The translations under genes and the position numbers were made by a program. This document shows, piece by piece, positions 49,763 to 60,316 of a stretch of 64,000 nucleotides of DNA; the first letter of the stretch is position 1, and the number at the start of each line of letters is the position of its first letter. The notes beneath the pieces are model-generated. The model was given only the letters and a program-made list of their open reading frames with translations, had not been told where the DNA came from and did not search any database. This DNA comes from Clostridia bacterium (lineage in GTDB: Bacteria > Bacillota > Clostridia > Oscillospirales > Acutalibacteraceae). The stretch is from assembly GCA_017631955.1 (NCBI GenBank), contig JAGBSJ010000005.1, positions 18,688-82,687 on the forward strand, read 5' to 3'.

Positions 49763-51001
49763 TTAATAATCAGTTACTCTGATAAGAGATTTTATGCTGA
49801 TTGAAGAAATACTGTTAAGTTTTTCTGTCAATTCACCTTCAGCCATTGCGCTTGTTACGAATGCAAGTTCATTTGACTTACATCCTGCGAATTCAAGCAC
49901 CTGAACTTTGCCGATTGTTGAAACAACGTCCTGTAAAGCATTTGCTCTGTCAGTAACTTCTGCACGAATGTAGAGAGGGTTAACTGCAGTTTTATAATCA
50001 ACAACATAATTTTCTTCTGCTTCGCCCCAACCAAGAGGTTTCTTTCTGCCCATATTTCTTGCACAGTCAATAACGTCAGCCACAACTGCTGATGCAGTAG
50101 GAAGTTTACCAGCGCCCTTACCATAGAATACAACATCACCTGTTGCATCGCCACGTACAAGAATTGCATTGAAAACATCATTAACTGATGCTAACTGACT
50201 GCCCTCCATTACAATTGCAGGAGAAACGATTGCGAAAATCTTGCCGTCATCCATTCTCTTTGCACGACCAAGAAGTTTTATTACACCACCAAATGCGCCG
50301 ATATATGCAACGTCATCAAGTGTAATTTTTGTAATTCCTTCAGTATAAACCGAATCAGGGTAAACGTGTTTGCCGAAGCAGAGAGATGCAAGAATACAAA
50401 TCTTTCTGCAAGCATCGTGACCTTCAACGTCGGCTGTTGGGTCTTTTTCTGCATAACCATTGTCCTGAGCAAGTTTTAATGCATCTTCAAAACTCATATT
50501 CTTTTCAATCATCATTGTAAGAATAAAGTTTGTTGTGCCGTTAAGAATACCTGCAATTTCGTCAATCTCATTTGCAGCAAGACATTGTGAAATTGGTCTG
50601 ATAATTGGAATACCGCCACCAACTGATGCTTCAAACAAGAAGTTTACATTGTTTTCTGCGGCAAACTGTAAAAGTTCACAACCCTTTGCAGCAACTAACT
50701 CTTTATTTGAAGTTACAACGCTTTTACCCGCTTTAAGACAAGATGAAACAAATTCATATGCCGGATGAAGTCCGCCCATTGTTTCAACTACAACTTTAAC
50801 ATCATCATCGTTAAGAATAATGTTAAAATCTTTTATCATTTTACTCTCGTGAGGGTCTCCTGGGAAATCTCTCAAATCGAGAATATATTTAACTTCCATT
50901 TCATTTTGTGTACTTCTTTTAACGATACTGTCGTGGTTTTTTGTAAGCACTTCAACTACGCCTGAGCCAACTGTGCCGTAACCCATAACTGCAACATACA
51001 T
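49763..51001 (-). CDS. hom: Homoserine dehydrogenase
   Basis: VAVMGYGTVGSGV, NKELVA, EASVGGGIPII, C-terminal ACT-like region. Confidence 0.9.
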   Translation of the reverse strand: MYVAVMGYGTVGSGVVEVLTKNHDSIVKRSTQNEMEVKYILDLRDFPGDPHESKMIKDFNIILNDDDVKVVVETMGGLHPAYEFVSSCLKAGKSVVTSNKELVAAKGCELLQFAAENNVNFLFEASVGGGIPIIRPISQCLAANEIDEIAGILNGTTNFILTMMIEKNMSFEDALKLAQDNGYAEKDPTADVEGHDACRKICILASLCFGKHVYPDSVYTEGITKITLDDVAYIGAFGGVIKLLGRAKRMDDGKIFAIVSPAIVMEGSQLASVNDVFNAILVRGDATGDVVFYGKGAGKLPTASAVVADVIDCARNMGRKKPLGWGEAEENYVVDYKTAVNPLYIRAEVTDRANALQDVVSTIGKVQVLEFAGCKSNELAFVTSAMAEGELTEKLNSISSISIKSLIRVTDY

Positions 51002-51246
51002 TAAAATTTCACTTCCTTGCCAATACCTTGAACATGAAAAAAGGTATAATAAATCATTATAAAATATACTTTCGAATATTCTATCACAAATTACAACAAT
51101 AATAAAGGGGTAATATACAATATATTTACATTATTTTTTACATAATTTTTAGAAAAATTTACACAAATTTTATACTTTTTAATTGATACTTAATTAAAAA
51201 TGGTTTATTATATTGTTGAACATTATTTTTTTGGAGATATATAGTT

Positions 51247-52446
51247 ATGACAGGAACAGAAAAAAAGAGAAAGTTTATAATCAACATCGTATATACTGTT
51301 ATTATGATTGCACTTTTTTACCTTTTCTTTAAATTTGCTTTGGGAACAATTCTTCCTATTCTTTGTGCAATTGTTGCAGCTATGATTTTACAGAAACCCG
51401 TTAACTTTATATGTAAAAAAACTCCATTTAAACGCGGTCTGGTTTCTGCTTTAAGCGTTCTTTTCGGATTTGGACTTTTCATATGTGCGCTTGTTCTTAT
51501 TGCAATTTGGGTTGGCTCTGAATTCAAGGGCTTTTTCCAATATATTATGATTCAATTTGAAGATATTCCTGCACTTGTTCAAAAAATTGAGAATTATATT
51601 GCAAACGCAGTTGGCTTTTTACCTGAAGAACTTGAAACAACGGTAATGGATTTTGTCAGAGAAAAACTTGCTACTCTTACCGAACCAAAAGTTACTCCAA
51701 CAGAGCCGAATACAAGTATTGATTTGTCAATACTTTCTACTCCACTTATGGGAATATGGAACACTGCAAAACAAATTCCTACAACACTTGTTTCTGTTGT
51801 TGTTGCAGTTGTTACATGTTGCTTTATGACTGCAGACTTTGAAAATGTCAAAAAACTTATTCTTGGATTCTTTGCGCCTGAAACTCGTTCAAAAATTGTT
51901 CGTGCAAAGCGTCTTTTGTTCCCATCTCTCGGCAAAATGGCAAAGGCATACGGAATTATTATTACAATTACATTCTGCGAATTATCATTGGGTCTTTTCT
52001 TGTTGAAACTTATCGGTGCTTACGATAGTGGATATATTTTCGTTATTGCAATTCTTACTGCTATTATTGATATTGTACCTGTGCTTGGCACTGGTACAGT
52101 GCTTATTCCTTGGGCAGTTATCTCACTCCTCAACGCTAACTACCCACTTGCAATCGGACTTTTCGTGCTTTACGGTTGCATTACAGTAATCCGACAGATT
52201 ATTGAGCCAAAACTTGTTGCGGCTCAACTTGGAATTCCTGCTTTCCTTACAATTTCTTCAATGTTTATCGGCTCACAGATTTTTGGCGTAATCGGCATTT
52301 TCATTCTTCCAATTACCATTGTTATGCTTAAACTTCTTAACGACGAGGGAATTATTCATATTTTCCATCATAAAGATAATATAAATAAAGAAGAAATCCC
52401 ACAAGAAAAATCCGAAGTAAAAGCGGAGGTGGCACAAGAACAATGA
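51247..52446 (+). CDS. AI-2E family transporter (YtvI-like sporulation membrane protein)
   Basis: 399 aa, about 8 TM; the end LPITIVMLKLLNDEGII is typical. The family call is by overall pattern. Confidence 0.7.
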   Translation: MTGTEKKRKFIINIVYTVIMIALFYLFFKFALGTILPILCAIVAAMILQKPVNFICKKTPFKRGLVSALSVLFGFGLFICALVLIAIWVGSEFKGFFQYIMIQFEDIPALVQKIENYIANAVGFLPEELETTVMDFVREKLATLTEPKVTPTEPNTSIDLSILSTPLMGIWNTAKQIPTTLVSVVVAVVTCCFMTADFENVKKLILGFFAPETRSKIVRAKRLLFPSLGKMAKAYGIIITITFCELSLGLFLLKLIGAYDSGYIFVIAILTAIIDIVPVLGTGTVLIPWAVISLLNANYPLAIGLFVLYGCITVIRQIIEPKLVAAQLGIPAFLTISSMFIGSQIFGVIGIFILPITIVMLKLLNDEGIIHIFHHKDNINKEEIPQEKSEVKAEVAQEQ

Positions 52447-53162
52447 CAGATATTCATAACCACATACTTTTTGCCATTGACGACGGTGCGCACGATATTG
52501 ATACATCTGTTGAAATGTGTCGTGAGGCATACGAAAACGGTTATAAAGCAGTTGTAGTTACCCCGCATTTTGCAAATTATAACCACATTGACGAGTTTGT
52601 TAATGAGCGAGATTACAAAATCAGCGAATTACAAAAAGCTTTGCAAGTTGAAGAAATTCCACTTACTATACTCCGTGGTGCAGAGTTGTTTTTAAGTGAC
52701 GCGCTTATGAAATCAGGCAACATTGACGACCTTACAATTAACAATTCACGATATATGCTTTGTGAATTCCCATTGGGACCTTTCAACATCAAACGCGGTC
52801 TTATGTGGATTGACGAACTTATTGAGCGTGGCTACACACCAATTCTTGCACATCCTGAAAGATATTATGAGATTCATCGCAATCTTCATATTATTGACGA
52901 GCTTCTTGACAGAGACGTTGTTTTTCAAGTGAACATTGACTCCCTTACAGGTAAAAATGGTAGCACTGCACAACAGTTGTCAATCGATATGATTTGTCGC
53001 GGATTTGCACAGTTAATTGGCACGGACGCTCACGATTTGAAATATCGCCATACAAGAATAAAAGAAAAAATTAAAGAATTACCTTATGAAATTGACCACG
53101 ATATTTTTGTAAAGTGTGTAAAAATAAATTCACAAAAAGTGATTGATGATGAGGAGATATAA
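52443..53162 (+). CDS. CpsB/YwqE-type PHP-family protein-tyrosine phosphatase
   Basis: MTDIHNHILFAIDDGA, ILAHPERY, GTDAHD. ATGA overlap with the upstream gene. Confidence 0.85.
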   Translation: MTDIHNHILFAIDDGAHDIDTSVEMCREAYENGYKAVVVTPHFANYNHIDEFVNERDYKISELQKALQVEEIPLTILRGAELFLSDALMKSGNIDDLTINNSRYMLCEFPLGPFNIKRGLMWIDELIERGYTPILAHPERYYEIHRNLHIIDELLDRDVVFQVNIDSLTGKNGSTAQQLSIDMICRGFAQLIGTDAHDLKYRHTRIKEKIKELPYEIDHDIFVKCVKINSQKVIDDEEI

Positions 53163-53191
53163 AAAACGCTCTCTAATACTGAGAGCGTTTT
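53163..53191. terminator. Bidirectional terminator
   Basis: AAAACGCTCTC taatact GAGAGCGTTTT. Confidence 0.85.
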
Positions 53192-53194
53192 CTT

Positions 53195-54103
53195 TTATTT
53201 TTTAATTGTCATTCTTGCTTTGAAAAATTCTGCGATTTCGGTATTTGCTTGGTCGCCTGCAGGGGAGAATGGGTTTATAACATTGAAAACATGTGTAAGA
53301 TATTTATCGTTTTCTTTCTCGTTAAAATCATGGAATTTATATTCGATTTTATAGATATCAAGCAAGTTTTTAAGTTTATAACACTGCTTTTTAAGGAAAT
53401 CATTTGTTGCAGTATTCACATAATAAGGTGGGAAATCCTTTGAGATAATCTGTGCTACATCAAGATATTTTCTGAATTTGCTCTTTCTATGTTTTTCGCC
53501 TAAAAGCACAGGTACATTAATGTTCATAATAAGATTTGGACTTAACAAGTCAACTGCGGGGCAGATTGCCGCAACGGCTTTGAAATCAAGACCACAATAT
53601 GTAACACCAAAATCTTTTTGCATATCTTCGTTAAGATTGACTGCAGTTGTAACACAAGAGAAGTGTCCGCCTGCAGAGTCGCCCATTAAGAAAACATTAT
53701 CTAAATCTGCGGGGTAATTTTCAAGGTTTTCACTAAGCCAAGTAAGTGCCGCAAAAACATCGCGAATCTGGTCATCAAACCTTATACCATTACCTGCAAG
53801 ACGATAGTTGATTGATGCCACTAAAAAGCCCTTCTCGCTGACTTTAAGACAGAAATTTTTGTTGATTTCTTTATAACCATACATCCATCCGCCACCGTGA
53901 ATATCAATAATTACAGGGAGTTTCTCAGTTGTACCTTGTGGGTAGTAAATATCAAGCAAATGTGCTCTTTCACCGTCGTCGATATACGGAATATCAAGGA
54001 TTTTAACGAGTCCTTCTGGCTCTGTCTGTGATGCAATTCGTTTTGCATCACTTTTTTCTGTTTTTTCCCAGTTTTTTCTTAAAATCGGTTCAAAAATATA
54101 CAT
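53195..54103 (-). CDS. Alpha/beta hydrolase (esterase/lipase, HGGG type)
   Basis: DIHGGGW oxyanion motif and GDSAGG nucleophile elbow. Start moved to the ATG at 54103 (RBS GGGGGT). Confidence 0.85.
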   Translation of the reverse strand: MYIFEPILRKNWEKTEKSDAKRIASQTEPEGLVKILDIPYIDDGERAHLLDIYYPQGTTEKLPVIIDIHGGGWMYGYKEINKNFCLKVSEKGFLVASINYRLAGNGIRFDDQIRDVFAALTWLSENLENYPADLDNVFLMGDSAGGHFSCVTTAVNLNEDMQKDFGVTYCGLDFKAVAAICPAVDLLSPNLIMNINVPVLLGEKHRKSKFRKYLDVAQIISKDFPPYYVNTATNDFLKKQCYKLKNLLDIYKIEYKFHDFNEKENDKYLTHVFNVINPFSPAGDQANTEIAEFFKARMTIKK

Positions 54104-54120
54104 AATTTTTACCCCCCACA

Positions 54121-56172
54121 TTATATTGTGTTTGCAGTGTTAGAAACTTGTAAACTATAGACTTTTTTCATTACTTGTCTTCCGATTTTTTGATGGTCAG
54201 TCATTTTGAAATCTTTATCGACAGCCATAATTTCTTTCGCCAACTCTTGTGTTTCCATAAGAATTTTTGTATCAGTTAAAATGTCGGCAATACGAAGTTT
54301 AGGAAGACCGTGTTGACGAGTACCGAAGAAATCACCGGGACCGCGAAGTTTCAAATCTTCGTCGGCAATCTTAAATCCGTCGGTAGTTTCACACATAATT
54401 TTCATTCGTGCCATTGTTTCGTCACTTGTTGCATCTGTCACAAGAATACAAGTGGATTTTGCCTGTCCACGACCTACACGACCGCGCAATTGATGAAGCT
54501 GTGAAAGACCGAAACGCTCGGCATTTTCAATCACCATAATAACAGCATTAGGCACATCAACACCAACCTCAATAACAACTGTTGAAATAAGCAGTTGTGT
54601 TTCGCCGCTCTTAAATTTAAGCATTATTTCGTCTTTTTTCTTTGGGGACATTTGACCGTGAAGCAAATCAAGTTTGTAATCCTTAAACGGTAATTGTGCT
54701 TTTTTGTAATATTCTTCTGCTGAAAGTACACCCTGCATCATTTCGCTTTCTTCAACAAGTGGACAGACGATATATGCCTGATAACCTGCATCAAGGTGTT
54801 TTCTTATGTAGTCAAACATTCCGCCACGCTTACCTGAATTTACTGAATATGTTTCGATTTTTTGTCTGCCCGGTGGCAATTCGTCGAGAATTGAAACATT
54901 CAAATCCCCAAACATAATAAGGCCTAACGTTCGTGGAATTGGCGTTGCCGACATAACATAAACATGAGGATTGTCGCCTTTTGCACAAAGTCCTGTTCGT
55001 TGTTTTACACCGAAACGGTGTTGTTCATCAGTAATAACAAGACCAAGTTGTTTGAACACAACATCATCTTGAATAAGCGCGTGAGTGCCTATAATTAAAT
55101 CGATTTCGCCATTTTCAAGGCGATTTTTTATTTCTTTTTTCTCTTTTGCTTTTGTGCTACCAGTTAACAATTCACAACGAATTCCACTGCCTTTAAAAAG
55201 TTTTTCAAAGGTTTCAAAATGTTGCGTTGCAAGCACTTCTGTTGGTGCCATAAGGGCAGACTGCATTCCGCTTTTCGCTACATTATAAACAATTGCGGCG
55301 GCTACTGCAGTTTTACCGCTACCAACATCACCCTGTAAAAGTCGGTTCATTTGTTTTCCACTTTGCATATCAGAAACAGCTTCTTTTACCGCTCTTTTTT
55401 GTGCATTTGTAGGGGTAAACGGTAAAACTGAGAAAAACTCGTCGGAAAAATCTTTTGCAACAATGTTGCCTGTTTTTACAGTTGAGTTATCTTTTTTCAA
55501 GGACAATAAGCTCAACTGTAAAATGAACAACTCGTCAAAAATCAATCTGTTTCTTGCATTCTGCAAATCTGTATCATCTATTGGAAAATGAATATTGCGA
55601 AGTGCAGTATCAAGGGACACAAGATTAAATTTTTTAATAATATAATCAGGTAAATAGTCGGGTATTTCGTCAATTTTATTAAGTGCATTCTGCACCGCCG
55701 ATTGAACAATTTTTGTAGTAATAGTTTTATTCTGTGGGTAAATTGGTCTTATTTCTACGCTTTTCTCGGCTTTTATAAACATTGGTGACACCATTTCGCG
55801 TGCCGCAAATTTACCTAACGTAAATTTTCCGTAGAAAAGATATTCTTCACCACTTTTAAGCATTTTTTCAATATATTTGTTGTTGAAAAATGTTACTGCA
55901 ATAACATCTTCACCGTCAGTTACAGTTGCTTTCGCAACAAGCATTCCGCCACGGACACGCTCATTTTTAACAGGGAACATAACAGTACCCTTAATGCACA
56001 CATTTTCACCAACTATACATTGAGAAATAGGAACAATTTTACTCCAGTCCTCATAAGCGCGAGGATAAAAACGAAGAAGTTCCCCGACAGTTGACACACC
56101 AAGGAGGCGAAAACCCTCTGCACGAGTTTCGCCAACACCCTTGATATACTTAATATCGTCGGAAAACTTCAT
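54121..56172 (-). CDS. recG: ATP-dependent DNA helicase RecG
   Basis: Wedge domain, GDVGSGKT, DEQHRFG, TATPIPRT-like SATPIPRT, QLRGRVGRG. Confidence 0.95.
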   Translation of the reverse strand: MKFSDDIKYIKGVGETRAEGFRLLGVSTVGELLRFYPRAYEDWSKIVPISQCIVGENVCIKGTVMFPVKNERVRGGMLVAKATVTDGEDVIAVTFFNNKYIEKMLKSGEEYLFYGKFTLGKFAAREMVSPMFIKAEKSVEIRPIYPQNKTITTKIVQSAVQNALNKIDEIPDYLPDYIIKKFNLVSLDTALRNIHFPIDDTDLQNARNRLIFDELFILQLSLLSLKKDNSTVKTGNIVAKDFSDEFFSVLPFTPTNAQKRAVKEAVSDMQSGKQMNRLLQGDVGSGKTAVAAAIVYNVAKSGMQSALMAPTEVLATQHFETFEKLFKGSGIRCELLTGSTKAKEKKEIKNRLENGEIDLIIGTHALIQDDVVFKQLGLVITDEQHRFGVKQRTGLCAKGDNPHVYVMSATPIPRTLGLIMFGDLNVSILDELPPGRQKIETYSVNSGKRGGMFDYIRKHLDAGYQAYIVCPLVEESEMMQGVLSAEEYYKKAQLPFKDYKLDLLHGQMSPKKKDEIMLKFKSGETQLLISTVVIEVGVDVPNAVIMVIENAERFGLSQLHQLRGRVGRGQAKSTCILVTDATSDETMARMKIMCETTDGFKIADEDLKLRGPGDFFGTRQHGLPKLRIADILTDTKILMETQELAKEIMAVDKDFKMTDHQKIGRQVMKKVYSLQVSNTANTI

Positions 56173-56184
56173 AAATTCACCTTA

Positions 56185-57675
56185 TTATAAGTTGTGGTAT
56201 AAATCAAATGGATTTTTTGACAAATCCACTTTCACATCTGCACTTGTTACTGAGTATCCATTACGGAAAAGTACAGGTACAAATGGGTATTCTTCTGCGA
56301 AAATTTTATAGTATTCCTCCACAGTAATTTCACCTGCACGGTAACGGAAATAATCTGTTGCCGCTTTACCTGATTTATCAATTCCGCCATTTAAATTTCC
56401 GCGGAAAAATCGTGATAAATCCATTGAACCGTCAAGCTTGACTTCACCTAAATACATATCATAATTTCCTGCAGAAATTCTCTGGTTGTAATCTGCGAAA
56501 GAGAGCAAACTAACATTTACATAAAATCCGATTTTGTTCAGGTTATCGGCAATATTATATGCCGCTGCAACTCTATATTTGTTATCTTTATTAACAATTA
56601 AATTGAATGACAATAAATACGCGCCATTTGTTCTTGCTTTTCCAGAAAAACGAGTATAACCGCATCTGTCAATGATTTTTTCAGCAAGAGCGGTGTCGCC
56701 TTGCTCACTTACTGTCTTAATCTTTTCATAAAAACTAGCATTTGGATTAACAGGCATTTTTACCGCTTTGCCATGCCCCTGATAAGACGAGAGTACTACA
56801 TCTTCACCGTTAAGTTGCGCCGCAATTGCACTTCTTATATACTTATTCAATGCACCATTGTTACTGTTAAGCCCAAGATACACCATATTATTAAGCATTA
56901 CTTCTTCTGTTTTGCCGGTAACACCAATATATTCGCAATTTGAAAGGTCGCTGAAATAAACATCTGTAGCACCTATTTTAAATGCATTTTCTGAACTTTT
57001 GTTTGTATCAATAGTATACAACTTGATTTTCTTTGAACTATCGGTATTGTTCACAAGTTGATTTTCAAGCCAATAGTATTCGCCACTACCAGTTGGCACT
57101 GCAGTTTGAATATCGGCAGTACCTTCTTTAGTTATTGGGAAACAAAGTTTTGCACCCACATAAACATCGGAAAAATCAAGTGTGAATTCAACTGTGTATT
57201 TTGATTTTGCAGTAGCACTCAAAACCCCGTTTAGATACCCCGCCCAAGCGTATGATGCCTTTGCAAGATTAAGAGAATACACAACATCATAAGCGTTAAT
57301 TGGTTGTGAGCCACGGCACACAGCATCTGTTCGCAACTGCACTGTTGCAGTTGTTCCCTTGACCGATATGCTTGTGGCAATCTGTGGAACAATTTCGTAG
57401 TTTTCATCCACCGTAAAAAGTGAGTCGAAAAGCATTTTACAGATATAAATATTTTCGTTGCTCTTTACAAAATAAGGATTAACTCCGTCACTCTCGTTAT
57501 AAGGCAAGGCGATTACTCCGTCACCTTTTGCGGTTTCTTCACCATTAGAAGTTGCAATATTGTCTTGTGGAGCATCTGTTGATGGCTCATTCGTTGTTGG
57601 ATTATTACCACCGCAAGCAGAAAAGAGCATAGTAACACATAAAATTAATGCAATTATTTTTAATGCACTTTTCAT
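56185..57675 (-). CDS. Family-5 ABC substrate-binding lipoprotein (peptide/nickel type), no cognate permease nearby
   Basis: Lipobox MLFSAC. 496 aa with SBP_bac_5-like overall pattern. Weak motif evidence only. Confidence 0.55.
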   Translation of the reverse strand: MKSALKIIALILCVTMLFSACGGNNPTTNEPSTDAPQDNIATSNGEETAKGDGVIALPYNESDGVNPYFVKSNENIYICKMLFDSLFTVDENYEIVPQIATSISVKGTTATVQLRTDAVCRGSQPINAYDVVYSLNLAKASYAWAGYLNGVLSATAKSKYTVEFTLDFSDVYVGAKLCFPITKEGTADIQTAVPTGSGEYYWLENQLVNNTDSSKKIKLYTIDTNKSSENAFKIGATDVYFSDLSNCEYIGVTGKTEEVMLNNMVYLGLNSNNGALNKYIRSAIAAQLNGEDVVLSSYQGHGKAVKMPVNPNASFYEKIKTVSEQGDTALAEKIIDRCGYTRFSGKARTNGAYLLSFNLIVNKDNKYRVAAAYNIADNLNKIGFYVNVSLLSFADYNQRISAGNYDMYLGEVKLDGSMDLSRFFRGNLNGGIDKSGKAATDYFRYRAGEITVEEYYKIFAEEYPFVPVLFRNGYSVTSADVKVDLSKNPFDLYHNL

Positions 57676-57679
57676 TGTG

Positions 57680-58471
57680 TCACCTCACTGTAATCGAGGT
57701 TGCCTCAACAGTTTTTCCTGTGTCGCGGTCAATAGTGAAAACACAGCCCTGCATAAAGCAAGGGGTGTCCGCAGTTTCAAACATAGGGGCAAATCCTTTT
57801 CTGAATTTCTCAATAATTATTTCTTTTTTCACACCCAGTACTGATTCTTCGGGACCTGTCATACCTAAATCGGTAATATAACCTGTACCGCCAGCCATAA
57901 TCTGCGCATCCGAAGTCTGAATGTGTGTATGTGTACCGAAAATCGCACTCACTTTGCCATCAAGAAAATAACCGAGGGCTTTTTTCTCTGCAGTTGCTTC
58001 GGCATGGAAATCAACAAGTATGATTTTCGTTTCTTTTTTAAGTTCATCAATAAGTTTTTCGGCAGTTTCGAATGGGTCGGAGTGACCTTCAAGCCAAACT
58101 CTGCCGAGTAAGTTTATAACGCCTACCTTATAGGCGCCTTTGTCAATAATTCCGTAGCCCTTACCCCATACTCCGTCACCAAAATTTGCAGGGCGAATTA
58201 CGGCTTCTGCGCGGTCAAGATATTCGTAAATTTCACGACGTTTGAAAGAGTGGTTACCACCTGTAATAAAATCTGCACCGCTTGTAAAAATACTGTTGCA
58301 GGAGTTTGGTAACATGCCGTTGCCTACTGCAGAATTCTCACCGTTTACAATACAAACATCAATATTGTTTTCTTTTTTAAAATCTGCAAGTTTTTTTCGT
58401 AAAAACTCGCATCCATTGGCACCGACAACATCGCCGACACAAAGAATTTTAATGTTGCGTGACATAAGCAC
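57680..58471 (-). CDS. ymdB: YmdB-type metallophosphoesterase (TIGR00282)
   Basis: KILCVGDVVG, NGENSA, GNH, DFHAEATAEK. Directly downstream of rny, as in Bacillus. Confidence 0.88.
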   Translation of the reverse strand: MLMSRNIKILCVGDVVGANGCEFLRKKLADFKKENNIDVCIVNGENSAVGNGMLPNSCNSIFTSGADFITGGNHSFKRREIYEYLDRAEAVIRPANFGDGVWGKGYGIIDKGAYKVGVINLLGRVWLEGHSDPFETAEKLIDELKKETKIILVDFHAEATAEKKALGYFLDGKVSAIFGTHTHIQTSDAQIMAGGTGYITDLGMTGPEESVLGVKKEIIIEKFRKGFAPMFETADTPCFMQGCVFTIDRDTGKTVEATSITVR

Positions 58472-58544
58472 ACCGTTTCTATATATGGATTTAATTTATT
58501 TTGCCCCGAAGCCGAAAGACAACGGGGCATTTTTAGCAAAATTA

Positions 58545-60095
58545 TTATTTAGCGAAATCAATAACTCTGTTCTCGCGAACAATATTAACCTTGATTTGAC
58601 CTGGGTATTCAAGCTCGTCTTCAATTTTCTTTGCAATATCGCGAGCAACAATAACCATCTTTTCGTCAGATACCTGGTCTGGATTAACCATAATTCTGAT
58701 TTCGCGACCTGCCTGAATAGCGAATGATTTCTCAACGCCTTCAAATGAAGTTGCGATTTCTTCAAGTTTTTCAAGACGCTTGATGTAGTTCTGAACATTT
58801 TCACGTCTTGCACCAGGGCGAGCCGCTGAAATAGCATCTGCTGCCTGAACAAGTACGGCAACAATTGTTTTTGCTTCGATTTCACCGTGGTGAGCCGCAA
58901 TAGCATGAACAACTTTGTCGTTTTCTTTGTATTTTTTAGCCGCTTCAACACCAAGTTCAATATGTGTGCCTTCGAATTCACGGTCAAGTGCTTTACCGAT
59001 ATCGTGAAGAAGACCTGCACGTTTAGCTTGTTTTACGTCTGCACCAAGCTCTTGTGCCATAAGACCTGCAATGTATGAAACTTCAAGTGAGTGGTTGAGC
59101 ACATTCTGACCGAAACTTGTACGGTATTTAAGTTTACCAAGAAGTTTTACAAGTTCAGGATGCACACCATTAACGCCTGCATCAATAACTGCGCGTTCGC
59201 CTGTCTGTTTAATTGTCTGTTCAACCTCACGCTTTGATTTTTCAAACATTTCTTCAATGCGAGCAGGGTGAATTCTACCGTCCTGAATAAGACGTTCAAG
59301 AGTAAGTCGTGCTACTTCACGACGAACAGGGTCAAAACTTGAAACTGTAATTGCTTCAGGAGTGTCGTCAATAATAAGGTCAACACCTGTAATTGTTTCA
59401 AGAGTACGAATGTTACGACCTTCACGGCCGATAATTCTACCCTTCATTTCGTCATTTGGAAGAGCAACAACTGAAACTGTTGCTTCAGCAGCGTGGTCGG
59501 CCGCACAACGCTGAATAGCACCTGAAATAATTTCGCGTGCAAGATTGTCGCTTTCGTCACGAGTTCTCTGTTCAAAATCCATAATTTTGAGTGCTTTTTC
59601 GTGAGTGAGTTGTTCGTCAAGTTCTTGCATAAGAAGTGCTTTTGCTTGTTCTTTTGAGTAGCCACTAACTTTTTCAAGCATTTCAAGTTGGCTACGTTTA
59701 AGCATTTCAACTTCTTCCATTTTAGCATCAGCAGCTTTAAGCTTTTCGGCTAAAAGTTCTTCTTTCTTTTCAAGGTTTTCAGTTTTCTTGTCAAGATTTT
59801 CTTCTTTTTGATTAAGTCTGTTTTCTTGTCTTTGTACCTCTGCGCGTCTTTCACGAAGTTCTTTATCAACTTCACTTCTTAACTTGTGTATTTCATCTTT
59901 CGCCTCAAGAATAGCTTCTTTTTTCTTACTTTCAGCAGATTGCACTGCCTGATTAACAATTCTTAATGCTTCTTCATTAGCGGAGCCGATTTTTGCTTCT
60001 GCAACCTTTTTACGATAAAGGTTACCAACAACGAAGCCCAATACTCCAAATACAACAGCAGAGACAACGGCAAGAATAATGGTAATAGGTTCCAT
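58545..60095 (-). CDS. rny: Ribonuclease Y
   Basis: N-terminal TM, coiled coil, KH ([12 protein letters not shown]), HD (LLHDIGKA). Confidence 0.96.
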   Translation of the reverse strand: MEPITIILAVVSAVVFGVLGFVVGNLYRKKVAEAKIGSANEEALRIVNQAVQSAESKKKEAILEAKDEIHKLRSEVDKELRERRAEVQRQENRLNQKEENLDKKTENLEKKEELLAEKLKAADAKMEEVEMLKRSQLEMLEKVSGYSKEQAKALLMQELDEQLTHEKALKIMDFEQRTRDESDNLAREIISGAIQRCAADHAAEATVSVVALPNDEMKGRIIGREGRNIRTLETITGVDLIIDDTPEAITVSSFDPVRREVARLTLERLIQDGRIHPARIEEMFEKSKREVEQTIKQTGERAVIDAGVNGVHPELVKLLGKLKYRTSFGQNVLNHSLEVSYIAGLMAQELGADVKQAKRAGLLHDIGKALDREFEGTHIELGVEAAKKYKENDKVVHAIAAHHGEIEAKTIVAVLVQAADAISAARPGARRENVQNYIKRLEKLEEIATSFEGVEKSFAIQAGREIRIMVNPDQVSDEKMVIVARDIAKKIEDELEYPGQIKVNIVRENRVIDFAK

Positions 60096-60257
60096 TATGT
60101 CGTTCCCTCCTTAAATAATATTTAATTTCAAAAGATATATCAAAAATATGTAATGAAATTAAGGTGAATGAGTATAGAAATACTATTTTCCCATACTATC
60201 TTTTATATTTTACACAAAAATGAACACAATGTCAAGATGGGATTCGGTAGAAATGCG

Positions 60258-60283
60258 AAAAGCAGTTCCGAAGAACTGCTTTT
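60258..60283 (-). terminator. Terminator of the cohesin-dockerin gene
   Basis: AAAAGCAGTTC cgaa GAACTGCTTTT, an 11-bp stem with A/T arms that could act in both directions. Confidence 0.75.
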
Positions 60284-60316
60284 TCTAAAAATATATCATT
60301 CCACTCTTTTTACAAA

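Noticed and set aside
58242-58727. Long antisense or alternate-frame ORFs: 58242-58727 (+), 58496-59020 (-), 44908-45372 (+), 35499-35942 (-), 47468-47917 (-), 60696-61115 (+), 1693-2133 (-), 20525-20950 (-).
   Set aside because: Each lies wholly within, or opposite, a gene with unambiguous conserved motifs. Their translations are low-complexity (Leu/Gln/Lys- or Ser/Phe-rich) and none has a Shine-Dalgarno. I treat them as shadow ORFs.
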